Origin: an uncultured virus (IMG/VR IMGVR_UViG_3300017763_003721)
Lineage: Duplodnaviria > Heunggongvirae > Uroviricota > Caudoviricetes
Reading direction: 5' to 3' (one strand)
Virus record (IMG/VR): IMGVR_UViG_3300017763_003721
Length of the DNA: 64,000 nt
Below the pieces are notes generated by a model. It saw only the letters and a program-made list of their open reading frames with translations. It did no database searches and was not told the DNA's origin. The position numbers were made by a program, and so were the translations under genes. Shown here one piece after another: positions 19,854 through 28,764 of the stretch (position 1 is its first letter; each line of letters starts with the position of its first letter).

Positions 19854-19946
19854 ATGAACAAACCAGTAGACCCAGTACCACCTGTTCCACCATCACCAGT
19901 AGAACCACCAGTTTCACCGCATCCAGCACCACCGAGTTCAGATTAG
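19854..19946 (+). CDS. 30-aa proline-rich peptide MNKPVDPVPPVPPSPVEPPVSPHPAPPSSD
   Basis: TAAGGAG RBS and ATAAATA upstream; below the ORF-track cutoff. Confidence 0.6.
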   Translation: MNKPVDPVPPVPPSPVEPPVSPHPAPPSSD

Positions 19947-20034
19947 AAGTAAATTAAGCTAAAATTTACGCCTATTCTTGTGATAAGCGTAAATTTACAC
20001 TAAATATACACATATACACAAGAGGACGCATCAT

Positions 20035-20409
20035 ATGGCGTATTCAGATAAAGTGTTGGACCATTACGAAAATCCCCGTAATGTTGGAAAGTGGGATCCT
20101 TCAGTAGATGGGATCGGAACTGGAATGGTAGGTGCTCCGGCTTGCGGAGATGTTATGCGTTTACAAATAAAAGTAAAAGATGGCATAATAGAAGATGCTA
20201 AGTTTAAAACATACGGATGCGGAAGTGCTATTGCAAGCAGTAGTTTGCTTACAGAATGGGTTAAAGGCATGTCTTTAGAAGATGCAGGATCAATAAAGAA
20301 TGTTGATCTAGCTAACGAACTTGCACTTCCTCCAGTAAAAATACATTGCTCAGTACTAGCTGAGGATGCAATTAAAGCAGCAATACAAGACTACAAGGAT
20401 AAAAATTAA
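20035..20409 (+). CDS. iscU: Fe-S cluster scaffold IscU
   Basis: MAYSDKVLDHYENPRNVG, GAPACGD, YGCGSAIAS, LPPVKIHC. Confidence 0.96.
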   Translation: MAYSDKVLDHYENPRNVGKWDPSVDGIGTGMVGAPACGDVMRLQIKVKDGIIEDAKFKTYGCGSAIASSSLLTEWVKGMSLEDAGSIKNVDLANELALPPVKIHCSVLAEDAIKAAIQDYKDKN

Positions 20410-20846
20410 TGAAATTTTATAGTTGTTTTCCAACAAGAACTTTATTGTTTATTGTAATTAGTATAATGTTATTTGCACTCGTTGGCTGTATGGATAGTGT
20501 CGATGCTCGACCACTAACCGCAGCACAAAAGAACGAAATTCAAAATCGTATAACACCCTTTTCAATAGTAAGTGTTAAAGGTGAAGGAATTGTACAGGTT
20601 GCGTCAATTGAAGATCTTCCTGGCAAAGCAAAATATGCTGTTTGCTCTGCATGTCATGGTGCCACTGGCGGTGGCGGCATGGGTCCGGCACTTGCAGGAC
20701 AGACTGTAGAGTATATCACAGGTCGTTTGCGTAGTTACAAAGCAGGAGAAACTGTAGGAGCAAAAAGTGGAATGATGTGGGGACAGGCTGCAAATTTATC
20801 TGAAACTGACATCCAAGATTTAGCAGAGTATGTAAGAATTTTGTAA
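20409..20846 (+). CDS. Membrane-anchored/periplasmic c-type cytochrome (c5/c553-like)
   Basis: N-terminal hydrophobic/lipoprotein signal; CSACH; PALAGQ; distal Met; DIQDLAEY. Confidence 0.85.
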   Translation: MKFYSCFPTRTLLFIVISIMLFALVGCMDSVDARPLTAAQKNEIQNRITPFSIVSVKGEGIVQVASIEDLPGKAKYAVCSACHGATGGGGMGPALAGQTVEYITGRLRSYKAGETVGAKSGMMWGQAANLSETDIQDLAEYVRIL

Positions 20847-20977
20847 AGTCCAAAATAAAGGTTGACTTTGTTTGCAAACGAAGTTATACTGTATAAACAA
20901 TGAGGCTAAGAGAATAGCTTCTTGGTAAAGCGGAGTAAGGTTACTCCATTTTTATTAACTTTTGAAAGAGGTAAATT

Positions 20978-21229
20978 ATGGCTTTTACAACCATTAAAAC
21001 TAACCAGAAGACTTTCTTAGAAAACTATCTAAGAGGTACTGGTAAAACTTTGACTGCGGCAGATGCCAATGCAAGGTTTGGCATTCAAAAACTAGCAGCT
21101 CGAATGAGTGAATTGAAAGCAGCTGGCTTGAATGTAAAAACTTCAGTTGCCACATCAGGCAAAGTGAAGTATGGCATCACTGCACGTGACGTGAACGGCA
21201 GTAGAGCTAAGGTATTCGCTTCTTCTTAA
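20978..21229 (+). CDS. Small basic winged-HTH-like protein
   Basis: LT...A.ARFGI..L.AR.SEL...G pattern; own promoter near 20862 and a terminator. Confidence 0.5.
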   Translation: MAFTTIKTNQKTFLENYLRGTGKTLTAADANARFGIQKLAARMSELKAAGLNVKTSVATSGKVKYGITARDVNGSRAKVFASS

Positions 21230-21246
21230 TTTAGAAGCGACACTAT

Positions 21247-21273
21247 AAAAAGGCGTCTTCGGACGCCTTTTTT
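21247..21273 (+). terminator. Rho-independent terminator
   Basis: AAAAAGGCGTC-TTCG-GACGCCTTTTTT. Confidence 0.85.
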
Positions 21274-21299
21274 CTTGACAACAACAGAAGGAGATCAAT

Positions 21300-21368
21300 A
21301 TGACTAAATTCGAAATAATTGAATTTATAATTGGAGTATCTTGTTTAGGACTTCTCGTTACAATATAA
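21300..21368 (+). CDS. 22-aa single-TM peptide MTKFEIIEFIIGVSCLGLLVTI
   Basis: AGGAG RBS; hydrophobic. Confidence 0.45.
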   Translation: MTKFEIIEFIIGVSCLGLLVTI

Positions 21369-21481
21369 ACGAATTGTCATAAACTGTGCGTTGATCGCTT
21401 TGGGCTGGTTTATTGAAGAAGATCCAGAACTCTGCAGATTCCATAAGAGAGGCGAGCAATCCTCTGTGATTGAAATCGAGG

Positions 21482-21510
21482 TTGACATATAACAATTTCT
21501 GTGTTATAAA
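21482..21510 (+). promoter_or_regulatory. Promoter for tmRNA (sigma70-type, overlapping a TATAAATA late-type motif)
   Basis: TTGACA-N17-TATAAA. Confidence 0.75.
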
Positions 21511-21516
21511 TATATT

Positions 21517-21827
21517 TGTAACGTTGAAGCAATTCAAACGCTAGACAGGACCCGGGGGCGGTACCCGGCGACTCCACCATAAGCACATGAGAGTAGATAC
21601 ACCTGCTTTTCTGTGTATAGGACAAGACCTCGAAAGGGTGCAAGTCGTGTGTTTATGATGGGGTCGAAATAGGATCGACTGTTAGTTAATAGGAGAGTGG
21701 AGTTGCCCGGATGTAAGCTCGGTTAACGCGAACGAAACTTATAATTGCAAATGACAATTATGCGCCAGAGATGGCATTAGCGGCTTAGGCTGTTACGGGG
21801 TAGTTATACCTTGTTACCAAAAATAGC
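21517..21827 (+). ncRNA. ssrA: Circularly permuted two-piece tmRNA (acceptor piece ends 21579; IVS 21580-21659; coding piece starts 21660; outer ends approximate)
   Basis: CGACTCCACCA precedes GGGGTCGAAATAGGATCGAC; acceptor stem has G3-U70; tag 21747-21788 = ANDNYAPEMALAA*. Confidence 0.93.
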
Positions 21828-21831
21828 ACTA

Positions 21832-21865
21832 AAGAGTGTGTTGCAGAGATGCCACACTCTTTTTT
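21832..21865 (+). terminator. Rho-independent terminator after tmRNA
   Basis: AAAGAGTGTG...CACACTCTTTTTT. Confidence 0.8.
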
Positions 21866-21971
21866 AATGGTAACCTTATCTATACAAAGGTTCAATAATA
21901 TAGATAACTACTATGTGAGCAATAAAATTCCCCCCAACGCTCACCTATTAAAGAGTAACAAAGGAAAATCA

Positions 21972-22349
21972 ATGCGTACAATCGTAATCGCAGCAGTAGC
22001 CGCAATGGTTGCAACTTCAGCGTCAGCTATGGACCTAGGATATGGGTTGACAATGAATACAGATGTAGTAGCAGAACACAAGTTCGATGCAGGTGCTACA
22101 ACAATGATCATTAATCCAGAACTAGGATACATGACTGGTCAAGCAGAATGGACTGTTGGCACAACATTAAATATTTGGGACGATACAAATTCATTTACAC
22201 TAGATGATGAATTTGATCATGCACCAACATTAGACTTTGGAGTTGTATATCCTGTAATGAGTAATTTAGAATTTGAAGCAGGCACAACTTATGATTTCGA
22301 AGCAGAAGAGCGTGGAGAGCTATCAGCTAAATTCACATTCAGCTTCTAA
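21972..22349 (+). CDS. Small outer-membrane beta-barrel (porin-like) protein
   Basis: Signal peptide ending ASA; alternating beta strands; C-terminal KFTFSF BamA-type signal. Confidence 0.65.
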   Translation: MRTIVIAAVAAMVATSASAMDLGYGLTMNTDVVAEHKFDAGATTMIINPELGYMTGQAEWTVGTTLNIWDDTNSFTLDDEFDHAPTLDFGVVYPVMSNLEFEAGTTYDFEAEERGELSAKFTFSF

Positions 22350-22431
22350 TACATAGTGGAGTATAAATTAAGGCCGCCTTGTGTGGCCTTTTTTTATGAC
22401 TAAATATTATGTTAGTATAGAAAGGAAGCAG

Positions 22432-22629
22432 ATGGTAAAAAATCTAAAAGATTTAATCATATGCGTTTTGGTTGCAGGAGTTCTAGTTTTACTAGGTATT
22501 GTTATTATAGGAGATTACTATGTTGCTTTACAAGAAAATAGACCAGTTGACGAAAGCGTAATTACATTAATGAAAATGAGTTTAACAGGAATGATTGGTA
22601 TCATAGCTGGATATATAGGGAGCAGATAA
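22432..22629 (+). CDS. Two-TM membrane protein
   Basis: Two hydrophobic helices. Confidence 0.6.
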   Translation: MVKNLKDLIICVLVAGVLVLLGIVIIGDYYVALQENRPVDESVITLMKMSLTGMIGIIAGYIGSR

Positions 22630-23081
22630 TGTATGAATACAGATGTAAAGTAGTAAAGGTAATAGATGGTGACACGGTTGATGTTGATATTGATCTAGGT
22701 TTTGGTATCTGGCAAATGGACGAACGTGTTAGAATTATGGGAATTGATACCCCAGAAAGTAGAACACGTGATAAAGTTGAAAAGAAATTTGGATTAGCTG
22801 CAAAGGCCAAACTAAAAGAATTACTTAAAGGCACTCCTACTTTAAAAACACAAATTAACAAACACGGCGAAGATATGAAAGGCAAGTTTGGAAGAATACT
22901 CGGCGACTTTATTGTTGAAGATGGTTATGGTGGATACAAAAATGGATCTCTAGTAACTGAAATAATGATTGCTGAAGGACATGCAGTTCATTACACTGGC
23001 GGTTCCAAAGAAGAAATCCAAGAAATGCATTTAAAAAACCGTGAAAGACTGATATCAGAAGGCATCGTTACTATTGATTGA
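22629..23081 (+). CDS. Thermonuclease (SNase-like) family nuclease
   Basis: VIDGDTVD, RVRIMGIDTPES, GKFGRILG. Confidence 0.88.
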   Translation: MYEYRCKVVKVIDGDTVDVDIDLGFGIWQMDERVRIMGIDTPESRTRDKVEKKFGLAAKAKLKELLKGTPTLKTQINKHGEDMKGKFGRILGDFIVEDGYGGYKNGSLVTEIMIAEGHAVHYTGGSKEEIQEMHLKNRERLISEGIVTID

Positions 23082-23253
23082 TTTTGGTGTTGTATATTTT
23101 GTTCTATTGATAAAAAATATGGGTGAAGAAATAGCTGATAGAGTTTACTTTGCTAAGTTAGCAGATTGTACACATATGGCAACAGAACTTAATTTCAACT
23201 ACCTAGGCACTCCACTCAAAGCCTATTGTATACCAGAAGTATCCAAAGAATAA
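23074..23253 (+). CDS. Small hypothetical protein (59 aa, TTG start)
   Basis: Fills the gap before the next promoter; two Cys, ending AYCIP. Confidence 0.4.
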   Translation: MIDFGVVYFVLLIKNMGEEIADRVYFAKLADCTHMATELNFNYLGTPLKAYCIPEVSKE

Positions 23254-23313
23254 GGTTGACATATACTTTAGTACATGTTATAATAAATGATATTTGTAAC
23301 ATGGAGAATGTAT

Positions 23314-23739
23314 ATGACTATGAGTTTGGCAAGAGGGCTAACTACTCTCAATACAAAAAAGCGTAAGCCTAAGAAATTTACTCTTAAACAACAAGAGAGA
23401 AATGAAGTTGATCGTAGGGCTTATAACAAGCGTATGAAGCGTCTTGGCTTACACCAGCAACAAATGTCCTCACAAGAATATGAACAGTATCTTCTTGGCA
23501 ACTACAAGTCGAAGCCTAAGAAAAAGTTCGAATCTTATGTTGCTCCAAAAAATTCTTATTATAGGGAAACTCCAAACATTCCTAGCAATGGTGATGGCAT
23601 AGGTAATTGTTATAAAAAAGAAAATAACACCTATACAGGCACTTTAATTACAGGTATTGCTACAATGCACAAGAGTAATGCAGTTCCAGTAACTAATCAA
23701 AAACAAGCAATCGACATAGCAAATATGCGTAGAAACTAA
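23314..23739 (+). CDS. Conserved basic myophage hypothetical protein
   Basis: Promoter TTGACA-N17-TATAAT at 23256; C-terminal YTGT...GIATMHKSNAVPV motif. Confidence 0.65.
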   Translation: MTMSLARGLTTLNTKKRKPKKFTLKQQERNEVDRRAYNKRMKRLGLHQQQMSSQEYEQYLLGNYKSKPKKKFESYVAPKNSYYRETPNIPSNGDGIGNCYKKENNTYTGTLITGIATMHKSNAVPVTNQKQAIDIANMRRN

Positions 23740-23793
23740 AATACGCACTTAAAAATGAGCAAAATCCCACTTAAATACAACATGAGGAATATA

Positions 23794-24363
23794 ATGAAAC
23801 ATATATCTCGAGTTGCGACTATTACTATTATAGGCGTACTGTCTAATTTTGGTCTTGCGGTAGCAGGTTCAACAATTGGAATTAATGAACTATATGCGGA
23901 AGAAGATCGTCCGCAAGAATACTGCCTTGCACTAAACATGTATTTTGAATCACGTGGTAGTAGTGTAGCAGATATGGCAGGAGTAAGTGACGTGGTACTA
24001 AATAGGGTTAAGGATTCAAGATATCCAGATACTATTTGTGAAGTGATACGTCAAGGACCTGTGAGAGAAAGTTGGAAAACTAAAAAGGATCCCGACTTGC
24101 CATTATCAGAAAGGGTTTATAATCCTATTAGACACAAGTGTCAATTTAGTTGGTACTGTGATGGCAAACACGATTTACCACAGAATCAAGACCTTTGGCA
24201 CTTAGTACAAAATATGGCATACTTGATGATTTGGGAAAAGAAGTATGTTGGAATTACAGAAGGATCAACACATTATCATGCCGAATACGTAAATCCTCGC
24301 TGGGCGAGTGGTTTACATTTAACGGGTAGAATCGGCAAACACATATTCTACCGTTGGGAATAG
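23794..24363 (+). CDS. Cell-wall hydrolase SleB (Hydrolase_2)
   Basis: CLALNMYFESRG, VVLNRV, YPDTICEVI, CQFSWYCDG, HYHAEYVNPRW, IGKHIFY. Confidence 0.9.
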   Translation: MKHISRVATITIIGVLSNFGLAVAGSTIGINELYAEEDRPQEYCLALNMYFESRGSSVADMAGVSDVVLNRVKDSRYPDTICEVIRQGPVRESWKTKKDPDLPLSERVYNPIRHKCQFSWYCDGKHDLPQNQDLWHLVQNMAYLMIWEKKYVGITEGSTHYHAEYVNPRWASGLHLTGRIGKHIFYRWE

Positions 24364-24373
24364 GAGAAATCAC

Positions 24374-26323
24374 ATGTTATTAGGGTTACTTGTTTTACTT
24401 ACGGCTCTGACCATCTCTACTGTAGCTATCTATTATAGTGTAGTAGGATTGGTTGCAATCTTTGCCGCGGCAGCATTGCCAATTATGATTATGGGCGGAG
24501 TACTTGAAGTAGGTAAGCTAGTGACCGCGGTATGGTTACATAGGTACTGGAAAGAAACAGTATGGTGGCTAAAGTCTTACTTGTCTTTTGCTGTTATACT
24601 GTTAATGTTTATTACAAGCATGGGTATCTTTGGATTCTTATCCAAAGCACACATAGAACAAACAAGTGCAGGTGAAGAAAGTATTGCACAAGTTGAACGC
24701 ATTACCACTGAAATTGCTAGACAAGAAGCAATTATTGTTAGAGCAGAAGCACAGATAACAAAAGCAGAGTCTAGTACAAACACCCAAGACAATACTATTC
24801 AAGAACAAATTGACAGAGAGCAAGCAAGAATAGATAGTGCATACTCAAGAATACAGCCTGCTATTAATGAGCAACTAGAAGTTATTTCTCTTGAAGAAAC
24901 TAAAATACAAAAGAGATTAGAACCTTATCAAAATCAAGTAGATGCAATAGCCGCATCTTTAGCACAACTAGAATCTTATGTAAACGCAGGAGATAGAGAT
25001 AGTATTAAGAAAGCACAGGGTCTTATTGGAGCAAGTGCTGACGGTAGCTATGGTAGAAGAACTGCGGCAAAGGTACAAGAGTTTAGAGATCAAAAGAATC
25101 AAGAACGTATTGACTTACTCAATAAAATGGATGAACTACAGTCTTTAGAATCACCTGTTGTCACTGCCGCTAGAGCAGAAATTATAAGACAGCGTGGATT
25201 AGCAGAAACAGAAATAGCAAACAGTAATGAACTAATATCAAGATTACGTGAACAAATTGGTAGGGTGGAATCTAATGCTGAAGATATTGATGCAATCGTT
25301 GATGAGCAGACTGCAAGAATAAGAAATGCAAATACAGAGTTAGATGAATTAACAGAAGAGAAGTATGCACTTGAAGCAGAGTATAGAAAGCTAGAAGCTG
25401 AAGTAGGTCCTATTAAATATATCGCTGAATTTGTATACGGAGAAGAAGCAGATCAAAACTTACTTGAAGAAGCAGTACGTTGGGTAATTCTACTAATAAT
25501 ATTCGTATTTGATCCGTTAGCAGTTTTACTTTTAATTGCAAGTCAATATACTTTTGAAAATCTAAGAAAACAAAAAGAAAAAAAGAAAGACGTTTTCGAC
25601 TGGGATGACTATGAACATAAAAGGGCACAAGCTATAGTTAATAATCCTGGACCAGAGGGAGAAAAAGATGTCAATGACAATGAAGCACCTGATAGTGTCG
25701 ATGATGAATCTACACAGCCAGCCGCCGCAGAAACAGATAATCAAAAACAAGAACAAACAGATGTCGAAGAAGACACCGGCTCTGACAGTAGACGAGCTGA
25801 GATCGATGCTGGGGGACAGCCTGGAACCACGCTTTTGGGAGACGATGTAGTTTACGAAATAGCTAAGACTACTCCTTCAATAAAAGTAGATGAAGACCAA
25901 GTAAAAGAACAAATGGAAGCAGAAGAATTAGTTCCACCAAAATTTGATCTTACTGAAGAATTAAAAGCAGAAGAATTAGTTCCAAAAGAAATTCAGCCAG
26001 CTATCAATATGCAGATTGATGAAGAATGGCAAGAAAGAGAGAAACCAGAAACTAAAAAAAAAGTAGAATCATCGGAACGTTTAAAGGATCTTGAAGAAAA
26101 AGAAAATGATGCCGATCATGTTGCCGCAAGGACACATTGGAAAGCTGAAAATCCTTCGTTAACTCTTAAACACTACAAGAACTTGTACACAAAAGGTGTA
26201 ATAGATTCACTACCTTGGGAAGAAAAAGAGTTTATTGATAAGTACCAAGCAGTATCTGAACAAGGCTATACACAAAACAGTGAACAAGACGGTGACACTT
26301 TGTTTAACAAACTTAAAAAATAG
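24374..26323 (+). CDS. Inner-membrane protein with long coiled coil and peptidoglycan-binding-like motif
   Basis: Three N-terminal TMs, coiled coil, AQGLIGASADGSYGRRTAAKV, further TM IIFVFDPLAVLLLIA, acidic tail. Confidence 0.7.
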   Translation: MLLGLLVLLTALTISTVAIYYSVVGLVAIFAAAALPIMIMGGVLEVGKLVTAVWLHRYWKETVWWLKSYLSFAVILLMFITSMGIFGFLSKAHIEQTSAGEESIAQVERITTEIARQEAIIVRAEAQITKAESSTNTQDNTIQEQIDREQARIDSAYSRIQPAINEQLEVISLEETKIQKRLEPYQNQVDAIAASLAQLESYVNAGDRDSIKKAQGLIGASADGSYGRRTAAKVQEFRDQKNQERIDLLNKMDELQSLESPVVTAARAEIIRQRGLAETEIANSNELISRLREQIGRVESNAEDIDAIVDEQTARIRNANTELDELTEEKYALEAEYRKLEAEVGPIKYIAEFVYGEEADQNLLEEAVRWVILLIIFVFDPLAVLLLIASQYTFENLRKQKEKKKDVFDWDDYEHKRAQAIVNNPGPEGEKDVNDNEAPDSVDDESTQPAAAETDNQKQEQTDVEEDTGSDSRRAEIDAGGQPGTTLLGDDVVYEIAKTTPSIKVDEDQVKEQMEAEELVPPKFDLTEELKAEELVPKEIQPAINMQIDEEWQEREKPETKKKVESSERLKDLEEKENDADHVAARTHWKAENPSLTLKHYKNLYTKGVIDSLPWEEKEFIDKYQAVSEQGYTQNSEQDGDTLFNKLKK

Positions 26324-26330
26324 GTTCTAA

Positions 26331-26732
26331 TTGAAAAACATTAATATAATTACTCCACCTGATGTGTTATATCACGATGCAGTTGAAGTCTTATTGTTAT
26401 GTACATCTGATGATGTAAAAAATAAAGTTCAAGAATCTCTTGTAGACATTGACGCTGATATTAATATATATGTTTATGAAGCAAACGAACATCTGACCGA
26501 TGAAGACTTAGATTGGATGTTAACTATTTTCCAAAAAAGCCAAATCACTGTTATAGAAGTAGATAATGTACCACCAGTATTACAACCAATCCTAAGTTAT
26601 ATGATTGCTAAGCCAAAAACTTTCTGGTTGACAAATGGTGAGAATAGAGTGTATAATAAACTAAGTATTAATAAGATACAAAACTTTGAGTTTTTAACTA
26701 GTCTAGGAGGACAATTTGAGAAGGAACAATAA
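26331..26732 (+). CDS. Hypothetical protein
   Basis: TTG-start 133-aa ORF, IITPPD motif. Confidence 0.55.
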   Translation: MKNINIITPPDVLYHDAVEVLLLCTSDDVKNKVQESLVDIDADINIYVYEANEHLTDEDLDWMLTIFQKSQITVIEVDNVPPVLQPILSYMIAKPKTFWLTNGENRVYNKLSINKIQNFEFLTSLGGQFEKEQ

Positions 26733-27012
26733 CAGTGGGTATCGGCCACAGAAGCCTAAAGAGTATGGATCTGATAAGAAGCACGGCCTAACTGTTGAGG
26801 TACGTAACAACGATATTAATAAAGCATTAAGAAAATTTAAGAAAAAAGTACAGGAAGACGGCTTACTACAGGAAGTAAGAGAACGGCAGTTCTATACAAA
26901 GCCAAGCGAAAAACGCAAGAGAGCAAAGGCAGCAGGACGGGCTAGATGGCTTAAAAAACTACAGAAGTCATTAGAGCTAGACATTGGATACCAAGGCAAA
27001 AAGAGAAAGTAA
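26716..27012 (+). CDS. rpsU: Ribosomal protein bS21 with N-terminal extension
   Basis: VEVRNNDINKALRKFKKKVQEDGLLQEVRERQFYTKPSEKRKRAK; AGGAGG RBS. Confidence 0.9.
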   Translation: MRRNNNSGYRPQKPKEYGSDKKHGLTVEVRNNDINKALRKFKKKVQEDGLLQEVRERQFYTKPSEKRKRAKAAGRARWLKKLQKSLELDIGYQGKKRK

Positions 27013-27018
27013 ATTTTT

Positions 27019-28158
27019 ATGCGTATTGAAGAAGACGTAAAACTTGACTACAAGGACGTTCTTATTCGTCCAAAGCGTAGCACATTAGGAAGCCGTAAAG
27101 AAGTAGACTTATCAAGAGGCTTCACATTTCGAAATTATATTCAACCAGAAGATGAACAAAAAGAGTATAGGCACTATCGTGGCGTTCCTATAATGGCATC
27201 TAATATGGATGGTGTTGGAACATTTGAGATAGCAGACACTCTTGCAAGACAAGATATGTTTACCTGCTTGGTTAAAACTTATAATGTAGATGAATTAGTT
27301 GAATATTTTCAATACAAGCAAGTTGAATCATTTAGAACAAAAAATGTTGCTATGAGTATTGGCATCACTGACAATGATTTGAATAAATTTGCTGATGTTT
27401 ATTCACAAGTAGGTACAAATTTAAAGTATGTGTGTATTGATGTGGCAAATGGATATTCAGAACGCTTTGGAAATTTTGTAAGAAAGTTTAGGAAAGCATA
27501 TCCTAATGTAGTAATTATTGCAGGTAATGTAGTTACAGGAGAGATGACAGAGGAGTTGATCTTAAATGGAGCAGATATTGTTAAAGTTGGCATTGGGCCT
27601 GGTAGTGTTTGCACTACTCGTATACAAACTGGAGTGGGATACCCTCAGCTTTCCGCTGTCATCGAGTGTGCTGATGCGGCTCATGGACTTGGCGGTCATA
27701 TCATCGCTGATGGTGGTTGTACTACTCCTGGTGACGTAGCTAAAGCATTTGCAGGAGGTGCAGATTTTGTAATGCTTGGAGGTATGCTTGCCGGTCACGA
27801 TGAAGGCGGAGGCGAAGTTGTTACGAAAACATATGTAACAAATGAACTTATGCATGACGGTGTAAACTTTGTGCAAGAAGAAAAAAGTTTTGTACAGTTC
27901 TACGGAATGAGTAGCAAAAGTGCAAATGAAAAACATTTTGGAGGACTAAAAGATTATCGTTCTTCAGAAGGAAGAACAGTATTAGTGCCATACAAAGGCA
28001 CTATTAGAAATACTGTACAAGATATATTGGGCGGTGTACGTTCAACTTGTACGTATGCAGGTGCAATTAGATTAAAGCACCTAAATCGTTGTACAACATT
28101 TGTTCGTTGTACACAAACCCATAATTCCGTGTTCGAGAGTGCTACAACGGGGAATTAA
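27019..28158 (+). CDS. guaC: GMP reductase
   Basis: [54 protein letters not shown]. Confidence 0.95.
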   Translation: MRIEEDVKLDYKDVLIRPKRSTLGSRKEVDLSRGFTFRNYIQPEDEQKEYRHYRGVPIMASNMDGVGTFEIADTLARQDMFTCLVKTYNVDELVEYFQYKQVESFRTKNVAMSIGITDNDLNKFADVYSQVGTNLKYVCIDVANGYSERFGNFVRKFRKAYPNVVIIAGNVVTGEMTEELILNGADIVKVGIGPGSVCTTRIQTGVGYPQLSAVIECADAAHGLGGHIIADGGCTTPGDVAKAFAGGADFVMLGGMLAGHDEGGGEVVTKTYVTNELMHDGVNFVQEEKSFVQFYGMSSKSANEKHFGGLKDYRSSEGRTVLVPYKGTIRNTVQDILGGVRSTCTYAGAIRLKHLNRCTTFVRCTQTHNSVFESATTGN

Positions 28159-28174
28159 CTGGGATAAATAAAAG

Positions 28175-28259
28175 TGTAAGGCAATGTATGCTTTACATTA
28201 ACCGAGCGCCGTAAGGGCTCACAACATAAATCTTGCTTTTTATAAGGAGAAAACAAATG
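28175..28259 (+). promoter_or_regulatory. ROSE-like RNA thermometer in the Hsp20 5' UTR
   Basis: Three hairpins; the last pairs TCTTGCTT (28231-28238) with the SD AAGGAGA (28244-28250). Confidence 0.6.
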
Positions 28260-28718
28260 ACAAGACTTACAACCCTAGACCTACCCAACTTTCACAGAGC
28301 AACTATCGGATTTGATCGAATCTTCGAACAAATGGAAAGACAGTTTGCTAACAGTCCAAACGGACAAGGGTATCCCCCATATAACATTGCACAAATCAAC
28401 GAAGATGAGTTTATGATCTCTCTTGCAGTTGCTGGCTTTGGTATGGATAATCTTTCAATTGAGAAAGATGGAGACCAACTGAAAGTTGAAGGCACGGCTC
28501 CTAAGGGAGACGAAGAAGTAAACTACCTACACAAAGGTATTGGTGGACGTAACTTCCGCAGAGAGTTTACACTTGCTGATCACGTTGAGGTGGAAAATGC
28601 ACAACTTGAATTAGGAATGCTTAATATTCATCTAAAACGTAATATCCCAGAAGAATTACAACCTAAGAAAATTAAAATTAACGAAGGTGTAACAATCGAA
28701 GGTAAAAAAGGCAAGTAA
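28257..28718 (+). CDS. ibpA: Small heat-shock protein Hsp20 (IbpA-like)
   Basis: IGFDRIF, YPPYNI, AVAGF, YLHKGI, F.REFTLAD. Confidence 0.93.
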   Translation: MTRLTTLDLPNFHRATIGFDRIFEQMERQFANSPNGQGYPPYNIAQINEDEFMISLAVAGFGMDNLSIEKDGDQLKVEGTAPKGDEEVNYLHKGIGGRNFRREFTLADHVEVENAQLELGMLNIHLKRNIPEELQPKKIKINEGVTIEGKKGK

Positions 28719-28764
28719 TTGTCTAGGGGGAGTGAAACATCTCCCCCAACTTTAGGAGAAAAAA

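Noticed and set aside
21410..21643. 77-aa minus-strand ORF
   Set aside because: Antisense to the tmRNA acceptor piece and its promoter.
26054..26063. Second A9-G run as a possible frameshift site
   Set aside because: The main frame continues normally and the -1 frame stops within about 10 codons; no missing coding region needs explaining.
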